Assembly: GCA_030248215.1 (NCBI GenBank)
Contig: JASANG010003092.1
Span: 744,001 to 808,000 of the forward strand
DNA length: 64,000 bases
Direction of reading: 5' to 3'
Origin: Enoplolaimus lenunculus
Taxonomy: Eukaryota
The notes beneath the pieces are model-generated. The model saw only the letters and a program-made list of their open reading frames with translations. It did not search any database and was not told the DNA's origin. The first letter of the stretch is position 1, and each line of letters starts with the position of its first letter. Below are positions 54,801 to 62,749 of the stretch, in pieces. The position numbers and the translations under genes were made by a program.

Positions 54801-57800
54801 GTTGGTCATGTGGCACTTTGGCACAACATGCAAGCTAAGGCCAAATTTTTCCAGGGTAACGGGCCGAACCCACCCGATTTGCTTGGACTATGGGCCTGAA
54901 GCTTTTTTGCTTACCTCGACATCTTGTACCCAATTAATGATCCGAAATTTTCGTTTCATCGTTCGTTTAGAATCCCAGTATTGTGCAGTTACTTGTACAG
55001 TGTAGACGCCTTTAGGTTTAGGCCGTTGAAACTCAATTATTCTTCGTGTTGAAGTTATTTCAATGCCGCCGACGCTCAACGTAAACGTGATACCTTTGAA
55101 GCTTTCCGAGCCTGAAAAATTATAATTTTTACTGAACAGAGAGTGAACAAAATGATTTTCAATTAATTTGGCTTCGAACTCGCTTCGCTCATTAGTTTTT
55201 TTTGCATTATTGTATATCCACACGCGATCGCACCTCCGTCGCAAACTTTTGGATATAATATTCCGTTTACAGCGAACTATGCTATTATTGCTATGATTAA
55301 TTTATAACTTTTAGGCTAAGCAAAATTAAACAAAAAACATTTTAAAACCAATAAAACTTTAACAAACCGTTGATTTGTATCATCGATTCGTCAGTATTTC
55401 GACCAGGTTCAGTAATATCTTCAATTTTCAATTCCGATAACGGATCCAAAAGTTCTTCGAAACCTAAAATCATAACGAATGATTAACTAAAACTGTTAGA
55501 CTCTCATGTACGAGGCAAGCTTGTCACAACGTTGTCGTATTTGTAAAAATCACGAGTGTTTGAAATCCTATCTTAGCACAGCCCAAAATTAATCAAAAAA
55601 CGATAATCCCCAGACAGCTGCTATTCTCTTAATTTACTACCGTATGGAGAAGGGTCTTTACCAATTTTATAAGCTATACAGACACTCCTAAAGTTAATAA
55701 TCGCTCAGCATTGCTTAAGGCATATGCTGAAATTTTGACACCTTAAGATATACACAGAAAACTTAAACTGAATGCGATGCGACGCAGCCTACTGGTTATC
55801 GCACTTGCCTCAGCGTATAGCAGCCAGGGGATCAAACCCTTATTTGAACAACCCTCATTTTCGCATGTCAAACCAACATATATCATATTCAACAATGTTA
55901 ATGCCTTCAGTTCGTCGCTGTCACAAGCCCGCAGCCAGATCACCTTGCTGGTATGGCTACAAAAAATTTCAGTATGGGCATACAAGGGTTTTCGTTGACT
56001 TACAAGCAAGGTTAACAATTTTCTAGTGGCGGCGGAAATTTGTCCAGAGGTTGGCCGAGGGCCCCTAGTGGCTACAGGCATGCGTTGTCACATACCTCGA
56101 CTAGTATATATTTGCCACATTCCTTCACCGGTACAATTAGCCGTTGAATTTTGAACGCAATACGGTACTGGATCACACAATTTACGCGCTGGAGTATACT
56201 TTGAACGTGGAGTTATGTCGTTGGTGCAAGTGCATTCACTACTGCCGGTGGTGTACATTGCGTACAGCTAAAAAATGAATAAATAATTATAAAAATGCAT
56301 ATTGAGGTTGAAGGTTTTGGCTGCAGACTCAACTCAACCCCTCATCTATTCATTCTAAACGCTGGTATAAATTAATTTTAGTTCCTTGCAAAAAAAGAAC
56401 ACGACCCCGTCGTCAAATGGGGTTAAAAATTTTGGCTGAGAATAAATAACAAATACGTGTTTATGTTCAGTTGAGAGAAATTGATTTCCGCACAAAAATA
56501 CATGTATAAAGTTGGGTGTAAACGGATAGTCACAATAACGCAAACGAATAGTGATGAAAATAACGCAGAAAGAAAAACAGATTAAAGTATAAAAGTTCAA
56601 AAGATGTTTTCTTTTCATACCAATACAATTGAGATATGCAAATAGACGCCCCAAGAGCGTATGATATTTAACAAGAGTGTGGAACTACTTGGGTTGTGCA
56701 TAGTACAAAATGTAGAAGCACGCGTCGCGTTAGAACAGGGTTGGAACAGTAGTATAAGCCTACTCGTAAGCCTAAGCATAAGCCTAAGCGTATGGATGAT
56801 CCTATTCCTAAGCCTAAGCCTAAGCAAAAAATAGTCTAAAGCTTAAACTGACTCTATTACAGCCCCTCTGAAAAACGACCCGACCCTGTTCTATATATGG
56901 GACCCCTTATTTAGGAGGTGGTTCGATATCACATGCAATATGACTGAACAAGTACACTTAAATCCTGAATTTACTATACCTGTGATGCTTACCGATTTTG
57001 TTGCACACGCCTCACGACAGTCAATAGCATCATCGCGAATTTCAGAGTCACGCAGTGTTTCTCGGTCGTTCAAGCACCCGCGATAGTAAACTTGTAGGAA
57101 TTCTGCAAACGAAATCATGAAAATATGGCATGGTTTCAAACAAAAATTGTACAAACAATTGTCAGAGATCCAATAAAAAATGACTCTGCTTGTTTCTGAA
57201 AGGTGCAATTGGAAAATTATTTACTTTATCTTTTGTGAATGAAAAAAATTTCACTTTACCTTTTGTGAATGAAAAAAATTCACTTTATCTTTTGTGAATG
57301 AAAAAAATTCACTTTACCTTTTGTGAATGAAAAAAATTTCCAAAAAATTTACAGCTTTTCGCTTTTATAGCACACAAGCAACTGGCCTTATGCTCTGAAA
57401 ACGAATGCAAACGTAATACCAATACCAGAATAAATACTTGGTGGGAAACATATTAGAAACTAATAGTCAAAGAAATTTTAATGAGTCATCCACATTAATT
57501 TGCGCCCGGCTTGTGGAAATCAAAGACGCCTTTTTCCAAGAACTCAAACAATTAAAATACAAGTAAACACGTTGACCTGACATGTTTACATGTATTTTAA
57601 TTGCATGACCTATATTTGACCTTGCACGACCCTGTAGGTGGCTGTGCCACACTTAAACCTATTTCAAACTAAAAACTAAAACTAAAATAAAACCCTATAT
57701 CAAAACCACACCTTAAGGGAGTTCCTGGCTCCACCTAGTCTCTCTTAGAACTTAAGTTAGGCTTAGGCGTTGCTACAAGGCGTAGAAATTGGTAAAATCG

Positions 57801-60800
57801 ATGCTATGGCGGCTGTGTCCGCAATGTCGAACTTACCTGGGCCCTGCGTGGCCATAGAACGTCGTTGATTAATGGTTCATATCGTGCTGGCCTAATCTGC
57901 GCTTAACGACATAGCTAGGCTATGTCAGCACCAAAATGGTGCTTTTAATATTGTGTGTCTCCGGCGTGGTTGTTGTTGTTGTTGTAGTACCGGTTGGGTG
58001 GCTCTCGACCTCGACCGCATTGCGGACACCCAATTGTGTGTGTCGGCAAAAATGCAAATGAGGTCGAGATGCCGATATGGGTAGCCAGGACCGGAATCAG
58101 TCTTGGTTTTGTTTCGCTACAATTTGGTCGTATTTTTTCTGACTGGTGGTGAACGGATTTTTATATTGTTTCTTAAGTTTTGGGGTTTGCGTTGAAGGCG
58201 GAATTTTAATAAGTAAGGTCGAACGGAAGTAATTTAAGATTGTCACGGCGGCTGAACATGTGAAGGAATTCAGGCATTACGGATTTTAATCGGCGTTGCG
58301 CAGGGCGCGGAAATTACCCAGTATTGGATACTGGTGTCATGTGCTAAAGGAACTTGGGATATTAAAGGAAACCTGGGGAAAAGTAGTCTAGTAAATCTAA
58401 CGGGGTTAGATTTATTATTCTACAACGGCTGGGCCAAATCTAACGGGGTTAGATTGGTCGGAAATTTGGTGTAACTCTAACGGGGTTAGAGTACACGGTT
58501 TAACGGGGTGTAATTCTAACGGGGTTAGAATTGCACGGATTCTGGAAAACGGCAAAAGTATTTGGTACGGTAAAGCCAGTGGCTGGATTAAATCAGATTC
58601 AGACGTCGGCTTTAAGGATTCCGGCTCGGGTTACCAGTTAAATTACATAACCTGTGATTTGCTGGCCTTAATTTCGGTTATTTTGTGTCCCACAGGTCGC
58701 GGGTACCAGTTAAATTACATAACCTGTGATTTGCTGGCCTTAAATTTGGGTATTTTGTGTGTCATACGGGTTGCGGGTTGGGATTTATAATAAACATTTA
58801 CCGGCCGCGTTTTACTAAATCAGAGCGAATAGCATACATCGAGAAAAGAACTATACAGGCGATACAGGATACAGGCTTAAGTTTAAATCACGAACTTCTC
58901 ACAGACCCCCCAAGTAGCATTTCCGGTTTCCGGTTTTCTAAAATTTCAAATTCCAACTGCTGTACAATTTACTTGCATCAAGTGGGAAATTGAAGCAAAT
59001 TTCTGGTCTTCAATTTCCCACTGCGGTAAAGCACCACTTTTCAATTTCCTTTTCACTATCTTAAAAGTGCTTATTAAATTTCCACTCGAGTTTAAAACTG
59101 TTTCAATTTCCCATTGCGGTCGTTTTTATTTTCGCTATTGAGAAATTGAAATTCAAAATTGCTAGTCAAATTCCTAGTACGTTTTATAAAATGTTTCAAT
59201 TTACCTATATATCCAATTTCATGTTTTCAATTTCCCACTGCTACCCTTTTTCCAAACTCAAGTTGGAAAAAGGCGTTTTTGATTTCCACAAGCCGGGCGC
59301 AAATTAATGTGGATGACGCATAACCGAACTCAGAATTCCATTGGAACCCTTGATAGTTGAAACCAAAATAACGTTTGCTTGAGAATACTTCAGTAGATAC
59401 CGAAATTACAAGGTTAATGTCAATCTAACGAACCAATTGCAGTTCAGGATAAACTTATTTTTACGTTTCGGCTAATAGGCTTAAGCTTAGCAATATGCTA
59501 ACACATACTACTGTTACGGTCCTGTTCTATGCATTGCACCTTTCATTCGCAGTCTAACCATATTTAGCTGCTTAATAGCCCCTCATAGACGTTTCTCAGA
59601 CCACAGATCTGATACTAAAAACTATTTTTTGGCCCTTCTTCAACTTTTGTAGTCTTACGTTTTTTTTCTGCCACCGAATACAGTTTGTCGTAACTGCTAC
59701 TTTGATCCCAAAACGTCATATTTGCAATATGATAGCAAGCAGAGTTTGTCTTCGGAATTGAAGCCTGGGTTGGGAAAGATCCTTGGGGGCAAGTGGTCAC
59801 TTTGACTTCGCGAATTGGATCTAGCCCGTCCAAGTGTGTCACAAATGGTAAACGATCAGACGCCGGCCCGCAATGACTACGAGCTTGACTTCGGCCATCA
59901 ATGAAGACACACATGGTACGTTTGTTGTAATTACTGGTAATTATATGTTAAAAGACTATAGCAGACGTTGCGGTTATTTTTTTGAGTTATACCGAAACAC
60001 TGAATTGGCACTTACTATTTGTACAAAAATGCCTCGACCAATAGCAGATCCAGAACTTTCCGCCGGGGTACCACATTATAAATATATATTATAGATAAAT
60101 ATATCATATATATTTTACATATAATAGTAACAAATCCATAAGCGAAGCGAGCGAGAAGCTAAAAGCAAATTCCATGCAAAATCTTAACACAAAATTTCGG
60201 TTTCAATCTATTTTGTGGGAACACAACCAAGATTTTCCTTATGCAACTACAATACTACAGCTAATAAGTGTCACAGGCAAGAACTATAAACACAAAAAAC
60301 TTCAACACGTACTATCCAAGTCCCAAATGCGTCCACATGCCAGTTTTCAACGCAAACGGTACTCGCCATTGAGAATCGCCAGATGTAATCCCAAATTCGT
60401 ATCCGACCGGAGTTTCTTTCAAGTAGAATCCGTTTGAAATTTTGGTTTCACCTCCATTCGAAACAACGACCATGTTACGTTTAGCGGCGTCTGTTTCTGA
60501 AACTAGCAAATCAATTAAGACATTAATACACAAATGAAATTTTGTGCAACGATAGCTAATGACACTAGCAGATTTTTGAAATTAGGAAAACTGTAGGTTA
60601 AAGAACCATAAATATGTCTATTTTTCACAATCCTATGCTTTGAAAGTTTACCGATCGCGTAAAAATTTTCGAAACAGTAAAATTCACTGCTTTATAAGCA
60701 AGCAAAATGACATACCGATACGTGGCCATATCCAAAAATATAACGTAAATCCGTTGGTACACTGGGTAATGTTAGTCAAACATTGATACTGATACGGTCC

Positions 60801-62749
60801 GAGTTTGATTGAGGTCGCCGACGGCTCAAAACGTGTCCATTCATAATTGATATCGGTCACTTTTTCTGTGCCTAAAAATAAAAGATTTCAGGAAATAAAC
60901 ATTAGTTTGATCAAGCCGGTAACTCTGTTGAAAACTGGAAAGATAAAGTAGTTTTTCAAATTTTTTGTATATTTAGGGTACTACCGGATTCCAAACAAAC
61001 TGATGGAGCCAGAGCCGAAGCCTATAATGTAATACCAGGGTTAACAATTTATTTATGTTTCGCTTAAGTGCTTACTTAAGTTGCCGACTTAAAAGTAAAT
61101 GCTTAAGTTTTTGGACAAAAACAAAAAAAAACGTCAAACTTGTGCCAGTTCGACAAGACGAAACGTACAATTTTATTACCTTGTATTAGTGAGGTGGCTT
61201 AATTGTGCACTTTAGTAAGATTTCGGAAACCCAGCCATTACCAACTAAACTATGCAGTTGCACATCGACGTGGGCTGTTTAAATTTTAAATTCTCGGTTG
61301 CTGATTTCCGCAAAACCTTCATATTGTTGCTAAATTTTCATACTTAATTTAATTAATAGTAAATAGCTGTACTAAATATTGTTAAAAATTTCGCAACAAT
61401 TGACTGCACAACAGCTGCACCACAATGTTTACGTTGTACACCTGTCACGACCGTAGCCAGCTTATCTTGCTAGTGAGGCTAAAAAATTTTCAGGAGAGGC
61501 ATTCAAGGTTTTTCAATGAGTTACAAGCAAGGTTGAATACTTTCTAGGGGGGGAATTTTTCCAGGGAACTGAGTCCCCCCTGCCCCCCCTTGGCTACGGT
61601 CCCACCACCTGTACCATTTTCTAGCCATTCCCAGTTGTCATCGGGGCTTGTTGTTGATGGCAATGTTGCACTGGTAGTTGTAGAACCTGTAGTATCTGAC
61701 TCTGTAGCGATAAATTGTTCCCAACCTGAAACAAACAAACTTTAAACTTTTTGTTTTTTTAAAAAACAAATTAATTATGAAAAATTAAAATTCTTCCTTT
61801 CGCTTACAGTGATCTTTTGACAAAATGCAAACATTGAATTAAGATGGCGTTATATTTCTGACGCGGCGACGTCCAGTATTGGACGGCTGCGCAAGTGAAA
61901 ACAATTGTTTGCAAATTGCTACGCGGTGCCATTAAACAATTAACGTGCGGTGTCCTAAACGGTACCGGAGGGGACTATTAAAAGTATAACATCACTCTTT
62001 AACCGTTTGAAATTTTATAAACCGTTGTAGTCGGCGACCGTGTTCGTGACTACATTATCATATCACTTCATTTATATTTATGAATTTTTTTAAAGAGTTT
62101 GAATAGTATAATATCGTTTCGGATATATTTGATTTGTGGAACACAACAACTTTCAAAAACATGGCCTTTCCCAAATTTGTTGACCAACGGCAAAGTGTAA
62201 TTAACTGTCATAGGACCCAGTTAAGCTTTTAGTCCACCCGTGCCTTGAATGCATTTTAAACATAAAATGTTGCCGACAAGAGTTGGCGCATGTTAGCGGT
62301 AATTTTCTATTGTTTAGCATGGATTTGGCCCTTTTCAACCAATTGTTCCTAGGCGCCTGGCAAGGGATGGTAAAATTTAATGATGGTGAAATGGACAGAC
62401 GAGGTCTTGTTAATTATAAGGGCAGGCCTAAAATAGAAAACAGGCGAACGGGCGGTATTATACATACGGGGACTTTCAGGCTTACGCCTAGAATTAGGAT
62501 TAGGCTTGTGTTTAAGCTTTGGTGTTGGTTTAGGCTGAGTTAAGGCTTTATATTTAGGCTTATGCTTAATAAGCAGGTCCTTATTGTAAATCTGGGCAGA
62601 TAGGGCCGTGAATAAACGTATCGCAAGTGCATGTTGTTGCGTGACATTGTTTGCAAAATACATTTCAGCTTACCGCGAATTGATACTTGCGCCGCAAATG
62701 CTAGCAACAGTAATGCAGGGCGAAATACACCCCGTTGTCTTGTAGTCAT
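9589..62749 (-). CDS. Polycystin-1-like (PKD1/REJ family, 11-TM) gene; 55 coding exons, about 2,750 aa
   Basis: Hand-spliced GT-AG exons give one continuous frame with signal peptide, LamG-like, WSC, PKD (FGDG/WNFGDG), REJ, GPS (CLCTHL|TMFG), PLAT (IRIWHDNSG), TOP (YPGGGY, WIDEYT) and PKD channel motifs. The exact 3' end is uncertain. Confidence 0.93.
10252..10454 (-). CDS. PKD1-like exon 54, S5-pore-S6
   Basis: IILLVLAAFGHSGMLLFG...LFNFILGHFDF...LGPLFFFAF. Confidence 0.93.
10954..13145. repeat. Tandem satellite, 168/169-bp unit, 13 copies, overlapping the exon 53 donor
   Basis: GAATTC recurs at about 11099, 11267, 11435, 11603, 11771, 11940, 12109, 12278, 12447, 12616, 12785, 12953 and 13121; units are near-identical. 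Confidence 0.97.
13110..13286 (-). CDS. PKD1-like exon 53, S4 and S4-S5 linker
   Basis: YINFVNLAFWDE...LRFIRLLRFNRRMSFLGSVVNNIGKKNSVFI; donor A|GTAAGC gives a gap-free 42-residue register from FNRR to LLFG against PKD2 (recalled from memory). Confidence 0.9.
13839..13980 (-). CDS. PKD1-like exon 52, S3
   Basis: KGFDYLRQFWNATEFITLVMRFVCIAMYI. Confidence 0.9.
14516..14632 (-). CDS. PKD1-like exon 51, S2
   Basis: VFRLFNYLGGMGIFVLMSNLAFIGFTCYYSIESIRELRN; |GTAAGT. Confidence 0.88.
15284..15454 (-). CDS. PKD1-like exon 50, TOP domain
   Basis: NWIDEYTKVVIIEFSTFNTHVNLFS. Confidence 0.94.
15530..16266. mobile_element. TTAGGC-containing MITE, expanded copy
   Basis: TIR of about 24 bp, GGCCAATGCAACTTTAAGGGGCGT ... 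ACACCCCTTAAAGTAACATGGGCC; unexpanded sibling at about 35268-35501. Confidence 0.8.
15579..16170. repeat. 35-bp minisatellite (CCTAAGCCAAAGCCTAAGCGTTGCAAAAATGTGTT), about 17 copies, inside a MITE
   Basis: Direct reading; two of the units are shortened. Confidence 0.95.
16637..16832. mobile_element. TA-flanked palindromic MITE (CGTCAC/GTGACG-rich)
   Basis: TAGGGTTGCGTTATACTT ... AAGTATAGCGCATCCCTA; copies at about 5379-5545, 17374-17626, 23302-23560 and 26217-26410. Confidence 0.8.
17244..17339 (-). CDS. PKD1-like exon 49, TOP domain
   Basis: RTYPGGGYTVSL. Confidence 0.9.
18175..18320 (-). CDS. PKD1-like exon 48, TOP domain
   Basis: CLLNMESC...DFTPGW...NFWVHR. Confidence 0.85.
18858..19032 (-). 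CDS. PKD1-like exon 47, TOP domain
   Basis: TWLNETFLQTMY...WYDG...GPPRLRQQRIK. Confidence 0.92.
19563..19714 (-). CDS. PKD1-like exon 46, S1
   Basis: DLTVYMIYLLVLMFLGYHSRDQHSY. Confidence 0.9.
19706..19948. repeat. 120-bp tandem duplication covering the exon 46 acceptor
   Basis: CCGTGAGATCTAAAATATGTAAAAAAATTCC at 19706 and 19826. Confidence 0.9.
20530..20649 (-). CDS. PKD1-like exon 45
   Basis: KLELARAQREKEIKMNEIIW, the conserved helix before S1. Confidence 0.85.
21396..21546 (-). CDS. PKD1-like exon 44
   Basis: IFVLALVLSFIFRKP...EKLAQ; |GTAAGT. Confidence 0.88.
21754..22208. repeat. Direct-inverted-direct rearrangement (inverted triplication)
   Basis: 21754-21874 is inverted at 21943-22063; 21794-21940 is repeated directly at 22062-22208. 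Confidence 0.88.
22558..22795. mobile_element. MITE family with ACGACAATTCG termini and internal TTAGGC-like repeats
   Basis: CACGACAATTCGCCG ... CGTCGAATTGTCGTAG; copies at about 8552-8710 and 17776-17978. Confidence 0.7.
22841..23057 (-). CDS. PKD1-like exon 43, TM4-TM5
   Basis: LPYWVVYIAW...YSLQWGQERSAEWL...QSIVCVQPLK. Confidence 0.94.
23889..24023 (-). CDS. PKD1-like exon 42, intracellular loop
   Basis: TTTTCAG|; WIEKDLPTVTGKVQKSEK...EGDDL; phase 2-2. Confidence 0.72.
25151..25305 (-). CDS. PKD1-like exon 41, TM3
   Basis: GPFSFSAQTLYISIISTLVVLPVNIIQVLLFKK. Confidence 0.92.
26067..26190 (-). CDS. PKD1-like exon 40, TM2
   Basis: SHFTRAQRLSCCISLMFCTMIANAMFF. Confidence 0.94.
26604..26783 (-). 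CDS. PKD1-like exon 39, end of PLAT
   Basis: FIANCWLAVEEGDGKVDR...DHIWLSV. Confidence 0.93.
27829..27989 (-). CDS. PKD1-like exon 38, PLAT
   Basis: LGPLSYIRIWHDNSGKNNTASWHLSHVVIQD. Confidence 0.94.
28272..28372 (-). CDS. PKD1-like exon 37, PLAT
   Basis: RNAGTKSRVSMTVTGERSDSGVRKI. Confidence 0.9.
28642..28841. mobile_element. Approximately 200-bp MITE with internal (TTAGGC)n, representative copy
   Basis: TIR CCCATTTAAAGATCAGTGGCGGAAC ... GTTCCGCCCCTGTTCTTTACATTGA; related copies near 1682, 4372, 5652, 6900, 22142, 23640, 29800, 46085, 51585 and 56730. Confidence 0.82.
28978..29217. mobile_element. Approximately 230-bp MITE family (GGCCCGTATTCTCAAATG termini)
   Basis: Inverted termini; related copies near 6345, 13430, 24571, 37270, 41607 and 63105. 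Confidence 0.7.
29284..29353 (-). CDS. PKD1-like exon 36, start of PLAT
   Basis: WSALPLTDNLPTDRYHYMIQIHT. Confidence 0.9.
29645..29745 (-). CDS. PKD1-like exon 35, TM1
   Basis: ENAAVFSFVICSLGIFILGLVWARRKDKAD. Confidence 0.92.
30429..30558 (-). CDS. PKD1-like exon 34, GPS cleavage site
   Basis: TQCLCTHL|TMFGADFYVPPNTIDF. Confidence 0.94.
31220..31412. mobile_element. Palindromic MITE with long TIRs
   Basis: GTATCCGGCACGCGTTGCGTTTTTGCCCTACCCCC ... GGGGGTAGTGCAAGAACGCAACGCGTGCCGGGTAC; fragments near 2460, 51790 and 56700. Confidence 0.7.
31472..31617 (-). CDS. PKD1-like exon 33, GPS first half
   Basis: FTSGCRYWSDEKQKWDVTGCE. Confidence 0.92.
31999..32178 (-). CDS. PKD1-like exon 32
   Basis: EFDYNFTLP...GRAQWYIGIIPK. 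Confidence 0.85.
32662..32764 (-). CDS. PKD1-like exon 31
   Basis: SSVHITLIPDDPSDEFEIFLRNGSYPTLD. Confidence 0.85.
32964..33132. mobile_element. Approximately 160-bp GC-rich MITE family (GGGCCCGTAGCCA...TGGCTACGGGCC)
   Basis: Inverted termini; copies near 14336, 41240, 49803, 53064, 53311, 55925 and 61450. Confidence 0.72.
33226..33379 (-). CDS. PKD1-like exon 30, GAIN
   Basis: LKFEDRDGDEVKVSDAKDPISLFI. Confidence 0.85.
33919..34027 (-). CDS. PKD1-like exon 29, GAIN
   Basis: NSNPMGYDESSRTIQSPVVS; |GTAAGC. Confidence 0.85.
34539..34620 (-). CDS. PKD1-like exon 28, GAIN
   Basis: VGQTDADQVGKNATEVKTDKAAISVPP. Confidence 0.8.
34981..35118 (-). CDS. PKD1-like exon 27, GAIN
   Basis: KAQVAASSLRATDSIA...VKPG...SPHMELK. 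Confidence 0.82.
35940..36151 (-). CDS. PKD1-like exon 26
   Basis: DLLSSMGSMIKKG...WDKQMKKQ; |GTTAGT. Confidence 0.8.
36531..36618 (-). CDS. PKD1-like exon 25
   Basis: EKAANSCDAMAGKMNKLKSSDQAAMNVAR; phase 0-1. Confidence 0.78.
36928..37089 (-). CDS. PKD1-like exon 24, helical (GAIN-A-like) region
   Basis: INTVDELELTSNILSVVSDDADALEVNNQ. Confidence 0.83.
38112..38232 (-). CDS. PKD1-like exon 23
   Basis: VLVMKEGRQELFDQHLHI...AARQLAA; |GTATGT. Confidence 0.82.
38624..38896. repeat. 137-bp tandem duplication covering the exon 22 3' end and donor
   Basis: CTATCAAATTTATGTTTT...GTGACGTTG at 38624 and 38761, almost identical. Confidence 0.92.
38813..38973 (-). CDS. PKD1-like exon 22, REJ
   Basis: VNKTGRVLYEDQY...GDCFFDNVTEFLTVDSGKFYFP; |GTTAGT. 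Confidence 0.8.
39546..39785 (-). CDS. PKD1-like exon 21, REJ
   Basis: QSPLLAFISGG...SRDPD...YAMWC; |GTGAGT. Confidence 0.88.
40633..40780 (-). CDS. PKD1-like exon 20, REJ
   Basis: LVVPERTFPTGFYELDIE; |GTGAGT. Confidence 0.85.
41462..41561 (-). CDS. PKD1-like exon 19, start of REJ
   Basis: DYPKTIKRSDIITVEMMKEVTC; phase 1-2. Confidence 0.8.
42829..43105 (-). CDS. PKD1-like exon 18, PKD repeat
   Basis: GDGTS...YDEVGDYKVSAVVSNVYS; |GTGAGA. Confidence 0.87.
43173..43443 (-). mobile_element. TTAA-flanked piggyBac-type MITE with tRNA-like core
   Basis: TTAA|CCCTTTCTTACAT ... ATGTGAGAAGGGG|TTAA; internal A box (TAGCTGAGTGG) and B box (GAGTTCGAATCC) on the minus strand. Confidence 0.85.
43546..43680 (+). 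mobile_element. tRNA-derived SINE-like sequence, second copy
   Basis: GGGCTGCGTTGCGCACTGG ... GAGTTCGATCCC ... TGCTTAGTAAAAAGG ... TAGACTG. Confidence 0.65.
44497..44631 (-). CDS. PKD1-like exon 17
   Basis: IAVQVGNAIN...ILDGSPLTVDLSK, joining GDGT in the next exon. Confidence 0.85.
45042..45136 (-). CDS. PKD1-like exon 16, PKD repeat
   Basis: VKHNYADYRVYHASCIVKNNVS. Confidence 0.85.
45395..45533 (-). CDS. PKD1-like exon 15, PKD repeat
   Basis: VPPANIMLEWNFGDGES (canonical W-x-FGDG). Confidence 0.88.
45975..46589 (-). mobile_element. Degenerate HINE-like copy with a nested TTAGGC MITE
   Basis: ACCAGTCGTAGT...ACTAC...GAACGAAGCTCG at one end and CAGACGGACAGAC...GAGCACTCAATT at the other; MITE at about 46085-46250. 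Confidence 0.65.
48432..49388 (-). mobile_element. DINE-1/HINE-like (Helentron-type) non-autonomous element
   Basis: Subterminal inverted repeats TTGAGCGAAGCTC/GAGCTTCGCTC, GTAGT-GGG-ACTAC hairpin, (GTCY)n microsatellite, central repeats of about 155 bp. Confidence 0.8.
49432..49629 (-). CDS. PKD1-like exon 14, PKD repeat
   Basis: LRHKYVRKGVFVIRADAANFIS...VIFEIL; |GTAAGG. Confidence 0.85.
50456..50535 (-). CDS. PKD1-like exon 13, PKD repeat
   Basis: EAEGANEASGFIDIIVSMGDGTMHYLM. Confidence 0.82.
50670..51460 (-). mobile_element. DINE-1/HINE-like element, second copy
   Basis: Same termini, microsatellite and central repeats, with one fewer unit. Confidence 0.8.
52026..52205 (-). CDS. PKD1-like exon 12
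   Basis: GLYELSKKELYC...IEPNQTFSLEI; |GTAAGT. Confidence 0.8.
52859..53030 (-). CDS. PKD1-like exon 11
   Basis: TTTTCAG|GADVTSQNITVDN...PIQPKN; |GTTAGT. Confidence 0.8.
53596..53817 (-). CDS. PKD1-like exon 10, PKD repeat
   Basis: VQFGDG...HNYGKPGVYNVNAYCFNSK. Confidence 0.88.
54915..55111 (-). CDS. PKD1-like exon 9, PKD-like repeat
   Basis: GSESFKGITFTL...KGVYTVQVTAQY...VQDVE; |GTAAGC. Confidence 0.82.
55368..55463 (-). CDS. PKD1-like exon 8
   Basis: GFEELLDPLSELKIEDITEPGRNTDESMIQIN; phase 1-1. Confidence 0.75.
56096..56267 (-). CDS. PKD1-like exon 7, WSC second half
   Basis: LYAMYTTGSSECTC...LCDPVPYC...NCTGEGMWQIY; completes the 8-Cys pattern. Confidence 0.85.
56993..57102 (-). CDS. 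PKD1-like exon 6, WSC first half
   Basis: YYRGCLND...IDCREACATKS; |GTAAGC. Confidence 0.82.
57220..57340. repeat. 29-30-bp minisatellite, 4 copies
   Basis: ACTTTA(T/C)CTTTTGTGAATGAAAAAAATT repeated. Confidence 0.9.
57481..59321. mobile_element. Approximately 1.84-kb non-coding element with TIRs of about 58 bp
   Basis: 57486 TCATCCACATTAATTTGCGCCCGGCTTGTGGAAATCAAAGACGCCTTTTTCCAA is mirrored at about 59263-59316; several internal short repeat blocks. Confidence 0.75.
59659..59933 (-). CDS. PKD1-like exon 5
   Basis: YNYNKRTMCVFIDG...TFWDQSSSYDKLYSVAEKK; |GTAAGA. Confidence 0.8.
60313..60496 (-). CDS. PKD1-like exon 4, LamG-like
   Basis: VVVSNGGETKISNGFYL...GMWTHLGLG; an alternative in-phase acceptor lies 6 nt upstream; |GTACGT. 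Confidence 0.8.
60716..60871 (-). CDS. PKD1-like exon 3, LamG/pentraxin-like
   Basis: TTTTAG|; ...IKLGPYQYQCLTNITQCTNGFTLYFWIWPRI; |GTATGT. Confidence 0.82.
61615..61725 (-). CDS. PKD1-like exon 2, S/T-rich segment
   Basis: TTTCAG|; GWEQFIATESDTTGSTTTSATLPSTTSPDDNWEWLEN; phase 1-1. Confidence 0.72.
62674..62749 (-). CDS. PKD1-like exon 1, signal peptide
   Basis: MTTRQRGVFRPALLLLAFAAQVSIR; basic n-region plus hydrophobic core; donor G|GTAAGC phase 1 matches the next exon. Confidence 0.75.

Noticed and set aside
56891..56992. In-frame intron read-through resembling the second half of a WSC domain (GFKCTC)
   Set aside because: A strong GTAAGC donor precedes it, exon 7 completes the WSC domain, and the read-through ends in a repeat-derived stop
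57831..57842. AACTTACCTGG resembling the 5' end of U1 snRNA
   Set aside because: No U1 stem-loops or Sm site follow. It is just the reverse complement of a donor-like motif
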